In this document: piece by piece, positions 29,001 through 41,000 of the stretch
Layout of the letters: each line of letters opens with the position of its first letter
How positions within the stretch are numbered: position 1 is the first letter of the stretch
NCBI GenBank assembly: GCA_013265495.1
Contig: MU063896.1
Location: forward strand, 16,115,140 to 16,179,139
Reading direction: 5' to 3'
Source: Vicugna vicugna
Lineage: Eukaryota
DNA: 64,000 nt
Position numbers and translations under genes: made by a program
The notes under the pieces: model-generated
The model's input: only the letters and a program-made list of their open reading frames with translations
Told to the model about the DNA's origin: nothing
Database searches by the model: none

Positions 29001-32000
29001 AACTGCTTTCCTTGTAATCCTGTTGGTGGAGTGCAGGTTGTCCATTCGTCGGCAGTGGCTTCTTTGACTTCCACAACATAGCCCTTAACAGGTGCACCAC
29101 CGTCATAAATTGGCTTATTCCACGCGAGGGAGACAGAAGAGCGGGAAGTGTCTGTCACTTTGGGATTACTTGGGGGTCCTGGTGGATACAAAGCATCACA
29201 CGCACGATAGAAAACAGATGGCTCGCTGGGTTCACCCACACCAGCTGCATTTTCAGCAGCAACTCTGAATTCGTAGGAGTGCCCTTCAGTAAGGCCAGTT
29301 ACCCTGAATCGAAGATCTGTTAGTGTTTTCTTGTTGCACTTGGTCCATCTAACACCTTCCTTATCACGCTTTTCAAGAATGTAGCCCTCAATCTCAGCAC
29401 CTCCATCATCTACTGGGCGTGCCCATGTCACGACCATAGAATCTTTGGTGATTGCAGAGGCTTCAGGTGGTGAAGGAGGACCTGGTGGTTTATAAGGATT
29501 ACGGGCTATAACAGGCTCAGATTCCAGAGGCTCTCCGATTCCGTATTTATTCACAGCCATGACACGGAAGATGTACTCGTTACCAGGAAGAAGTTTAGTG
29601 ACTTTGTAGTTAAGGGCCTGTACCTCAGTTGAAACTTGGGTCCAGGAGAGTCTGCTTGTCTCTCTCTTTTCAATGATGTAATGTGAAATACTAGCACCGC
29701 CATCTTGTAGAGGTGGGTTCCATGCCAGGTAACATTTTTCAGCAGTAACGCCAGAAACTTTCAGAGGCCCTTCAGGAGGCCCCGGCCTGTCAAGTACCTT
29801 TACAGTGATTGGTATAGACTTCGTGCCACCGACATTGCTGAGTTTCAGAATATATTGTCCTCCATCACTACGTATACAGTCTTTGACGACAAGAGTTGTT
29901 TTCTGAATAGTAGACTTAATTTCCATCCTGGCGGCAGTTTCTTCAAGCTCTTTTCCATCTTTTGACCAAACAATATCAGGTATAGGTTTGCCCCGAATGT
30001 CAGCTTCAAGGACAAAAGTCTCTCCTGCACGAACCACGATGAGATCTTTGTATTTCGGATCCAGCGAGGCATTTGGTGCATCGATTTCGTCTCGTGCAGT
30101 AATGGCACCAGTGCTTTCAGATGGTTCACTAAAGTTGCCAGCTGCATTTCTTGCAATTACTCTAAATTCATACCTTTGGTCTTCTACAAGGCCACTCACT
30201 GTAAATTCAGTTTCTAATACATTGGTAAAGCTGGCTTTCATCCAACNNNNNNNNNNNNNNNNNNNNNNNNNNNNNNNNNNNNNNNNNNNNNNNNNNNNNN
30301 NNNNNNNNNNNNNNNNNNNNNNNNNNNNNNNNNNNNNNNNNNNNNNNNNNNNNNNNNNNNNNNNNNNNNNNNNNNNNNCACATGGGTCACGAGCAACAAA
30401 GCATTCTGACACTTTGCTCGGCTTGCCAATGCCAACAATGTTTTCGGCAGAAACTTTGAACTCGTACTCCAGGCCTTCGTCAATCGTGGTTGTTTTGAAT
30501 TTGGTGTCTTGAATGGGAGTCTTATTTAATTTGACCCACAGAATGCTGTTCTTTTCTTTCTGTTCAAGATGGTAGCCAATAACTTTGCTGCCTCCATCGT
30601 TAACTGGCTCATGCCATTGCACTAGCATTTGATCTTTCGAGACTGATGTCACAAAAGGAGTGCCGGGTGGCCCAGGTTCTTTAAATGGATATTGTACAAT
30701 AACTGGTTTAGAATCCAAGGGGGCACTTTTTCCATACCTGTTTTCTGCAAAAATTCTAAACTGGTACTCACTGCCCGTTTTCAGCTTGGTTATTTTAATT
30801 GTTGTTCTTGCAACTGTTGCTGATACCGTATGCCAAGTNNNNNNNNNNNNNNNNNNNNNNNNNNNNNNNNNNNNNNNNNNNNNNNNNNNNNNNNNNNNNN
30901 NNNNNNNNNNNNNNNNNNNNNNNNNNNNNNNNNNNNNNNNNNNNNNNNNNNNNNNNNNNNNNNNNNNNNNTCCAGGCTTTTCCAAAACGATAATGCTCAG
31001 ATTTTCTGTTGCTGTACCTGCACTGTTTGTTGCTGTTACGGTGTATTTTCCAAAGTCATCTTTGTTGCTTTCTTTAATGTGCAAAATAGTTGATGTAGCT
31101 GTTTCCTCAACATTTACTCTTGTCGTCTGTTTAAGAGGCTCACCATCTTTGACCCATGAAATACTAGGTCTTGGTCGGCCAATAACAGGAATTTCGATTT
31201 TAAGATCTTCTCTAGCTTGGACAGTATAGGTGTTAAATGGTAACTTAAAAGTAGGTGGTATAGTCAAGTCCTTGGCTATGACGGGAACACCAAGCACCCT
31301 TGGATCGCTCTGGCCTTTCTCGTTGTAAGCCTTGACGCGGAACTGATATTCTTGTCCAGAACTCAAACCAGTAACAACTGCATTACAGACTTTGGATTCA
31401 GCCACAACACTCCACTTTTCGGTTCCTCTGGGCTGCATTTCAACGACATACCCCAGGATTCTGCTACCACCATCATGTTCAGGTTTCTCCCACATCAGCG
31501 ATGCACTGGTCTGGGACACATCAGTGAGCGTAACCTTTCCTGGTGGGGATGGAGGTTCAGCAGCTTTCACAGCATCAACAGTTTCCACTGGGACACCAAC
31601 TCCAAATTCATTTTCAGCCATGACTCTAAAGTAATAGATGGCTCCTTCTGTAAGATTCTCAACTTTAAAGCTTGTTTTGCTGCATTTATTACTCACATTA
31701 GCATATGCTTTTCTGGTTGACTCACGTTTGTCAATAACATAGTTCTTGACCTTTGCGCCCCCATCGATGATGGGTGGTTCCCATACCAGAAGGACAGAGT
31801 CTTTTTTCACGTCTTTGACTGCCAAATTCTGTGGTGGCCCTGGGGTATCGAGAACTTTCACAGTGACAAAAGCAGATTTTGACCCACTGCTGTTTTCTAG
31901 CTTGAGAATATATTTTCCAGCATCATTTCTATCACAGTTATCTATTGACAGCTGGGTATAGTTTGCGCCTTTTTCAGTTTGGACCTTATCTGTGAATTCA

Positions 32001-35000
32001 CCTTCCTCTCGAGACCAAGTGATCTCCGGTGTTGGGCGACCTTTGAATGGAATGTGAATTCTGACAGATCCACCAGCTCTCACGACTATTCCTTTCCTTA
32101 ATTCAGAGTCAAGGTCAAGTTCGGGTGCTTCAAGTTTATCTTCTGGTTTCACAGTGCCAGGAACTGAGGTGGCCTCACCTAAACCAGCTTTATTGAGGGC
32201 ACAGACGCGTATTTTATATTCTTGGTGTTCAGTGAGTTTGGAAATTTCAAATCGATTGGCTCTCAGGCCAGTCTGTGGAGTAACTATTTGCCATTCTTCT
32301 TCATCTGCTTTGCAGATTTCTACTACATAGCCCAGGATCTCACTGCCACCATCGTAGATGGGTTTACCCCAGGCAAGTGTAATTGAATTTTTAGTGGTGT
32401 CTACAACGTGTGCATTGATGGGGGGGCCAGGTTTGAACACAGGATCACAAGCTTTATAATAAACTGTAGNNNNNNNNNNNNNNNNNNNNNNNNNNNNNNN
32501 NNNNNNNNNNNNNNNNNNNNNNNNNNNNNNNNNNNNNNNNNNNNNNNNNNNNNNNNNNNNNNNNNNNNNNNNNNNNNNNNNNNNNNNNNNNNNNNNNNNN
32601 NNNNNNNNNNNNNNNNNNNNNNNNNNNNNNNNNNNNNNNNNNNNNNNNNNNNNNNNNNNNNNNNNNNNNNNNNNNNNNNNNNNNNNNNNNTCCTTGGCAA
32701 TGTTCGTGACTTCTAAGCTTTTTGGTGGCCCAGGAAGCACAAATGGATTTTTCATTAGTACTGGTGCAGATTCCAAAGGCTCTCCAACACCATATTTGTT
32801 GACAGCCATTATACGGAAAATATATTCATTCCCTTCTAAGAGTTTGGTAATTTTCAGAGAATTGGTTACAACCTCTGAAGCAACAACAGTCCAGGCAAGC
32901 CGACTTGTTTCTCTCTTTTCAACAACATAGTGAGAAATGTCACTGCCACCATCTTGAAGTGGTGGAGACCATGTTAAAGTGCATTTTTCAGCAGTGACTC
33001 CAGTAACCTGGACTGGCCCTTCTGGAGGTCCTGGTCTATCTAATACTTTTACATTTACTGGGAATGACTTAGAACCTGCAACATTTGAGGCTCGTAAGAT
33101 ATACTGTCCACTGTCAATTCTAATGGCATCCTTTATAATAAGTAAAGCCTTGAAATCTGTGTTCTTTATTTCACATCTAGCAGATTCTTCAATTTCCTTA
33201 TCTCCTCTTAACCACTCAATGGTAGGGAGGGGCTTTCCATGGACATNNNNNNNNNNNNNNNNNNNNNNNNNNNNNNNNNNNNNNNNNNNNNNNNNNNNNN
33301 NNNNNNNNNNNNNNNNNNNNNNNNNNNNNNNNNNNNNNNNNNNNNNNNNNNNNNNNNNNNNNNNNNNNNNNNNNNNNNNNNNNNNNNNNNNNNNCTTTGC
33401 AAGGACTCTGAATTCATATCTTTGATCTTCAGTAAGACCTGACACAGTAAATTGGGTTTCAATGACATTTGTGAAGCTGGCTTTCATCCAGCGACCCTCA
33501 GGCAAATCACGTTTCTCTACAATATAACCTGTAATCACACTTCCACCATCATATGCAGGTTTGGTCCACTGTAAAGTGATTTCATTTCTTTTAACTATTA
33601 TTGCTTCTGGGGTTCCTGGTGGGTCACAGGGATCTCTGGCTACATAGCATTCTGAATTCTTGCTTGCTTTGCCTACACCAACGATATTTTCAGCATAAAC
33701 TCTGAATTCATATTCAATGCCTTCTTCAAGATTGACTGCTTTAAACTGAGTGTCATGAATAATAGTTTTGTTGACTTTTGTCCACAAGATACTGTTTCTT
33801 TCCTTTTTCTCAAGGTGGTAACCTATGACGGGGCTTCCACCGTTATTGACTGGTTCATGCCACTGTACAACCATGGAGTCTTTGGAAATGGCTGTGACAA
33901 ATGGTGTGCCTGGAGGGCCTGGTTCTTTGTAGGGATATTGAGCTACAATCGGCTCAGATTCTAAGGCAAAGCTTTGTCCGTATCTGTTTTCAGCAAATAT
34001 TCTGAATTGGTATTCAGTACCAGTTTTCAGTTTGGTTACTTTGAGTGTAGTTCTGGCAACAGTAGCGGAAACAACTTCCCATACTGTGGTAGTTGTATCT
34101 CTCTTCTGAACTATGTAGTTGGTGATCTGACAGCCCCCTGTATATAATGGAGGTTCCCAAGACAATGTTATACTTTCAGCACTGACTTCATCAAATTTAA
34201 CAGGTCCTTTTGGAGGATCAGGTTTATCTAGAGTTATAATTTCAATGGATGCGGTTTTCTGACCCACAACGTTAGCAACGGTGATTCCATAATGTCCACC
34301 ATCATCCTTATGAGTTTCTTTAATACTGAGTACAGTGAGGTCAAGTGAATCAGTCACATTGATTCTTGTAGTCTGCTTCAGTGGAAGACCATCTTTAGTC
34401 CAGGTAATAGTTGGCTTAGGACGTCCAGAAATTGGCACTTCTATTTTCAAATCCTGGCCAACCTGTATACTATAACTGTTGAATGCAGGTCTTACATCTG
34501 GCTCAATGACCAGATCTTTGGCAACAATTGGAACTGCAAGAGACCGCGGATCACTTCTCCCCTTTTCATTTACAGCAACAACTCTAAAAAGATACTCTTC
34601 TCCCTGAGTTAGGTTGGTAATTACTGCTTCAAGGGACTTGACTCGAGCACATTCTGACCACTTCTCACTGCGTTTAGCTTGCATTTCCACAATATACTGA
34701 AGGATTTTACTGCCACCATCATGTTCAGGCTTTGTCCAACTCAAGGAGACACTGTTTCTGGTGACATCATCCACAGTTATTTTTCCTGGAGGTTGTGGGA
34801 CTTCTGCAACCTTAACTGGCTCATCAGTGTGGGCAGGAAGGCCAATACCATACTCATTCTCAGCTGTGACTCTAAAGTAGTAACTGCATCCTTCCTGGAG
34901 TTGATCAATCTTCCACGAATTCTTATGGCAATTTGTTACAACTGCAGCATATGATTTTCTTGTGGCTTCACGTTTCTCAACAATGTAATTTTTAATTTTG

Positions 35001-38000
35001 GATCCCCCATCCAGCAGAGGAGGTTCCCATGTAATTGATACTGAGTCTTTCGTGATTTCTGTGACTTTCAGATTAACAGGTGGACTTGGTGTGTCCAGGA
35101 CTCTCACAGTAACAAAGGCAGACTTTGTTCCACTGCTGTTTTCCAACGTGAGAGTATATTTTCCAGTATCATATCGGTTGACGTTGTCAAGAACAAGAGA
35201 GGTGAAGCTGCTAGTGATGTCAATTATAGCTGCGTCTCNNNNNNNNNNNNNNNNNNNNNNNNNNNNNNNNNNNNNNNNNNNNNNNNNNNNNNNNNNNNNN
35301 NNNNNNNNNNNNNNNNNNNNNNNNNNNNNNNNNNNNNNNNNNNNNNNNNNNNNNNNNNNNNNNNNNNNNNNNNNNNNNNNNNNNNNTTCAACTATAACGG
35401 GTCCAGGGACATCAGCATGTTCTCCAACTCCAGCTTTGTTAACAGCACAAATACGGAAGTTGTATTCATGCTTTTCCAACAGCTTCTCTACTTCTATATT
35501 TGTTTTGCTGATTCCAGTTGGTGGAGTGCACATGGTCCATTCACCAACACTCACGTCACATTTTTCTACAATGTATCCTTGGATTTCACAGCCACCGTCA
35601 TATATTGGTTTGCCCCAGGAAAGGAAGACAGACGATCTGGTAATATCAGTGACTCTGGGATTGTTTGGAGGTCCTGGTTTATAAATAGGATCACAAGCCT
35701 TTTGGTGAGCAGAAGGTGGGCTTGGTTCACTGAGGCCAGCAGCGTTCTCGGCTGAGACTCTGAACTCATAATTGTGATTTTCTAAGAGTCCAGTTACTCT
35801 CAAGCGCAATTCCCCAATCAGACGTTTGTGGCATCTTGTCCATCGGATGCCCTCTTTATCCCGTTTTTCAAGAACATATCCAAGAATTTCACTGCCACCG
35901 TCGGATGCTGGCCTTTCCCACACGACAATCATTGAGTCCTTGGTCACTGCTGTGATTTCTGGAGCCTTTGGTGCGTCTGGCACTACAAATGGATTCTTGG
36001 CAATTACTGGCTCAGATTCAAGAGGTTCGCCCACACCGTATTTGTTTACAGCCATTACACGGAAAATATATTCATTGCCTTCAAGAAGCTTAGTAACCTT
36101 GCAGCTGAGAGTCTGCACGTTGGCATCAACCACAGTCCAAACCAAGCGGCTGGTTTCTCTCCTTTCCACAATATAATTTATGATATCACTCCCACCATCC
36201 TGGAGCGGGGGTTTCCAGGCTAGTGTACATTTTTCTGCTGTAACTCCTGATATAGCAATAGGTCCTTCAGGTGGCCCTGGTCTGTCAAGAACTTTGACAC
36301 TGACAGTGACTGATTTCTCTCCTGCAACATTTTTGGCCTTCAGGATGTAGTTTCCACTGTCGACACGTACTGCATCCTTTACACTGAAACTGGTGGCAAA
36401 ATCAGTGCTCTTTATTTCCAATCGAGCTGTATTTGAAAGCTCCTGGTCACCTTTTATCCACTCAGTGGTGGGTATTGGTTTACCATAAATATCTGCATCA
36501 ATCTTGAATAACTCACCAGCGTGAACCACAACTGTGTCTTTGTATTTTGGATCCATACGTATTCGTGGCGGTTCTGTCTCGTCTCTTGCTGTTATTGCCC
36601 CTGTGCTTTCTGAAGGCTCACTGAACACGCCTGCAGCATTTCGAGCTATAACCCGAAACTCGTATCTGTGATCTTCCACTAAGCCAGTGACTTCAAATTG
36701 AGTGTCAATAACATTCGTAAAACTGGCTTTCATCCAGCGGCCCTCGGGCAATTCTTTCTTCTCAACAATATAACCGGTGATCTTGCTTCCGCCATCGTAA
36801 GTGGGTTTCTTCCACTGAAGAGTCACGGAATTCCTTGTGACGATGATCGCCTCTGGCCTGCCTGGCGGATCACATGGATCACGGGCTGTGTAGCATTCTG
36901 ACACTTTACTTGGCTTGCCGATACCCACAATGTTCTCTGCGGAGACTCTAAATTCATACTCAATGCCTTCGTCAAGACCAGTTGTTTTAAACTTGGTTTG
37001 AGGAATAGGTGTTTTATTCAGCTTAACCCAGAGGATGCTGTTTCTTTCCTTGCGTTCTAGGTGATAGCCAATGACTTTGCTGCCTCCGTCACTGACTGGC
37101 TCGTTCCACTGCACTTCCATGCTGTCCTTGGAGGAGAGCGTTACGAACGGTGTGCCAGGAGGACCAGGAACCTTGAAGGGATACTGGGCTACAACAGGCT
37201 CTGAATTGAGGTAGGTGCTCTTTCCATATCTGTTTTCAGCAGCAATCCTAAACTGATACTCACATCCAGTCTTTAATCTGCAAGCTTTTATTGTTGTCCT
37301 TGCAACAGTAGCCGACACAATCTGCCAAGTGGTTGTGGACGTGTCCCGTTTCTCTACAATGTAATTATTGATAGAGCTTCCGCCGTCATACTTTGGTGGG
37401 TCCCAGGAGAGAGTAATACTATCAGCTGTCACTTCATCTATTTTAACAGGTCCTGTTGGAGGCCCTGGTTTGTCAAGAACGATAACATTAAGGGTTTCAG
37501 TAGCTTCACCAGCTGAGTTAGTCAGTTTAACTATGTAATGTCCAACATCTTCTCGGCAGGCTTCCTTTATCGTCAGCAGTGAGTTATTTTCTGTGCTCTC
37601 TGCATTCACTCTCGTTGTCTGCTTCAGTGGTACATCATCTTTATGCCAGGTGACAGCTGGTGTAGGGCGTCCGATGAAGGGAACGTCAACTTTGAGGTCT
37701 TCACCTGCCAGAACAGTGAAAGTATTGAACAGGAGTTTGAAGGCTGGTGGAATAACGAGGTCCTTGGCGATTACTGTCACACTCAGTTGTCTCGGGTCAC
37801 TGATGCCCTTCTCATTCTGAGCCGAAACCCGGAAAGAGTACTCTTCACCCTGAATTAATCCAGTAATAGTGGCTTCGGTGACTTTGACTGTGGCACACGT
37901 GACCCATTTGTCACTGCCTTTGCTCTGCATCTCTACGATGTAGCCTAGAATTCGGCTGCCTCCGTCATGCTCAGGTTTCTCCCAAGAGAGTGACACGCTG

Positions 38001-41000
38001 TTTCTTGTGACGTCCACCAGAGTTATTTTTCCTGGAGGAAGAGGGCGTTCTGATACTTTCACAGATTCTGCGGTTTCAGCTGGCAGCCCGATGCCATATT
38101 CATTTTCAGCGAGCACCCTGAAGTAGTAGCTACAGCCTTCCTGAAGCTGATCTATCTTCCAGGAAGTCTTGTGACAGTTTGTTGCAACAGTTGAATACGC
38201 TTTCCTTGTTGATTCCCGCTTTTCAACAATATAGTTCTTTATTTTTGAACCTCCGTCGAGAAGAGGAGGCTCCCACGTCAGGGTGACAGATGTCTTAGTG
38301 ACCTCCTTTACCTTCAGATCCTGCGGAGGGCCTGGTGTGTCCAGTACTCTCACGTTAACAAATGCAGACTTGCTGCCTGAGCTGTTTTCTACAGTTAGTA
38401 TGTATTTGCCACTGTCGAATCTGTTTACATTTCCGACAATAAGTAGGGTGTAAGAGCTTGTGGATTCAATGCTAGCTTTATCCAAAGATTCTCCATGTTC
38501 CCGGGTCCACTTCACCTCTGGTGCAGGCCTGCCTTTGATTGGAACAAAAAGTCTTAGGGTACAACAAGCTCTGATAGTCACAACTTTGCGCAGGTCGGCA
38601 TCCAGTTCAATCTCTGGAGGCAGCATCCTGTCCTCAGCCTTGGGAGTTCCAGGCACAAGGGCAGGTTCCCCGATGCCTTCAGAATTCATGGCATAGATGC
38701 GGATTTTATATTCTTGATTCTCGACGAGGTTAGTGATGGTGTAAGAAGTTGCCTTGAGCCCGGCTGGTGGAGTGACAATCTTCCATTCGTCTTCTTCTGG
38801 CAGGGCGATCTCAACCATATACCCAGTGATTTCGGAACCACCATCATAGATGGGTTTGTTCCAAGCAATTGAAATGGAGGATCTGCTTGTGTCTAGAACA
38901 CGGGGATTCCCTGGGGGACCAGGTTTAAACACAGCGTCACAAGCTTTATAGAACGGACTGGTAGCACTCGGTGCGCTAACTCCAGCAGCGTTCTCAGCCA
39001 TAATCCTGAACTCATATTCATGTCCTTCTGTCAGTCCAGACACTTTATATCTTAAATCAGTAAGGGTTTTCTTGTTGCATTTCACCCAGCGTTGGCCGGC
39101 TTTGTCACGCCGCTCCACGATGTAATTGATGATTTCACTTCCGCCATCAGAGTCAGGATGTCCCCAGCAGACAACCATGGATTCTTTGGTAATAGCTGTA
39201 ACTTCAGGATTTTTGGGTGGATCAGGAGGTCCGTAAGGATCTACTGCAAGCACAGGCTCTGATTCCAGTGGCTCTCCAACTCCAAATTTATTTACAGCCA
39301 TGACACGGAATATGTATTCATTGCCTTTCAAAAGTTTAGTGACCTTTAGTTTTGTCACTTGGACTTCTGAGGCTACATTGGTCCAGGCCAGCCTGCTGGT
39401 TTCACGTTTCTGAACTACATAATGATCTATTTTGGCACCCCCGTCATCCAGTGGTGGCAACCATGACAATACACATTTTTCTGATGTCACTTCAGATACA
39501 GCTAAAGGTCCTTCAGGTGGGCCTGGTCTGTCAAGAACTTTGACGTTGAAGATGTGTTTAGCAAAACCACCAGGATTAGTTGCTGTCAGGGTATAGGCAC
39601 CACCATCCCTTCTTAATGAGTCCTTGTTTACCAGATTAGTAGAGAAATCAGCTGTTTTAATTTCTAATTTTGCTGTATTTTCAAGCTCCTTTCCGTCTTT
39701 GGTCCATTCCATTGTTGGAGGGGGGCGGCCTGCAACATCAGCTTCCAGTTTGAAGGCTTCGCCTGCTTTTACTGTAATCGTGTCCTTAAATTTGACATCC
39801 ACCATTATCCGTGGTGCTTCAAGGTCATCCCTGCATGTGATAGCATCTGATGGCTCAGACGGTGGGCTAATAGCCCCAGCAGCATTTTTGGCAATCACAC
39901 GGAATTCATATCTAGCATCTTCTGTTAGGCCACTGACTGTAAATTCATTCTCCAAAATGTTGCTGAAGTTGGCCTTCAGCCACCGTCCATTAGGAAGGTC
40001 TCTCTTTTCAACTATATAGCTGGTAATTTTAAAGCCTCCAGTATATTCAGGTTTGGCCCATTTGAGTGTCACTGTGTGTCTTGTAATATTGAGAGGAACT
40101 GGTTTCCCAGGTGGGTCAATGGGATCCAGAGCTAACGCAGGCTCTGACGGCTTGCTCGGCTTGCTCTTGCCTGCCATGTTTACTGCAATCACTCGGAATT
40201 CATAAGCAATACCGTCCGTAAGTCCACTTGATTTGAAGATGTTGCCTGGTACCAACGCTTTGCTCACTGTCTGCCAGAGGATGCCATTTCGTTCTTTTCT
40301 TTCAATGTGATATCCTAAAATGGGGCTTCCACCATCGGAAAGAGGCTCGTGCCAGCTAATTGTTATTGCCTCCTTGGAAACTGCAGTTACCTGAGGGGTA
40401 CCAGGAGGCCCAGGAACCTTAAACGGATAGTTGGCAACTACTGATGCTGATGTGATGCCTGGTCCAACTCCGTATCTGTTTTGAGCTTTTACCCGGAATT
40501 GATATTCCATTCCGGTAGTAAGGCGAGTGGCTTTGTAGGTGGTGCGTATAACGGTAGTTGCCAGCTCAGCCCACGTGGTGCTGTCAGTCTGTCGCATTTC
40601 TACTACGTAGTTGCTTATTGGTACACCACCATCATTCTCAGGTGGGTCCCAAGAGAAGGTGACAAAATCAGATGAAACTTCATCAAATTTGATTGGTCCA
40701 GTAGGTGGCCCTGGGATATCGTGGACTTGAATGGTGATGACGTCACCCACCTCTCCCACAATGTTCCTTGCTGTTAATGGGTAGGGCCCACTATCACTTC
40801 TTACACACTCGTTGATATTTAAGATGGTTGAAGTTGCTGTATTTTCAAAATTAACTCTCTGGGTCTGTTTAAGAATCTGGTCTCCTTTTTTCCATGTAAC
40901 TGTGGGCTTTGGTCGACCAAGCACTGGAATTTCAACTTTGATGTTGTCACCAGCTTTAGCAATGACTAATTTCTGATAAATGCCGCGGAGATCCAATGCT

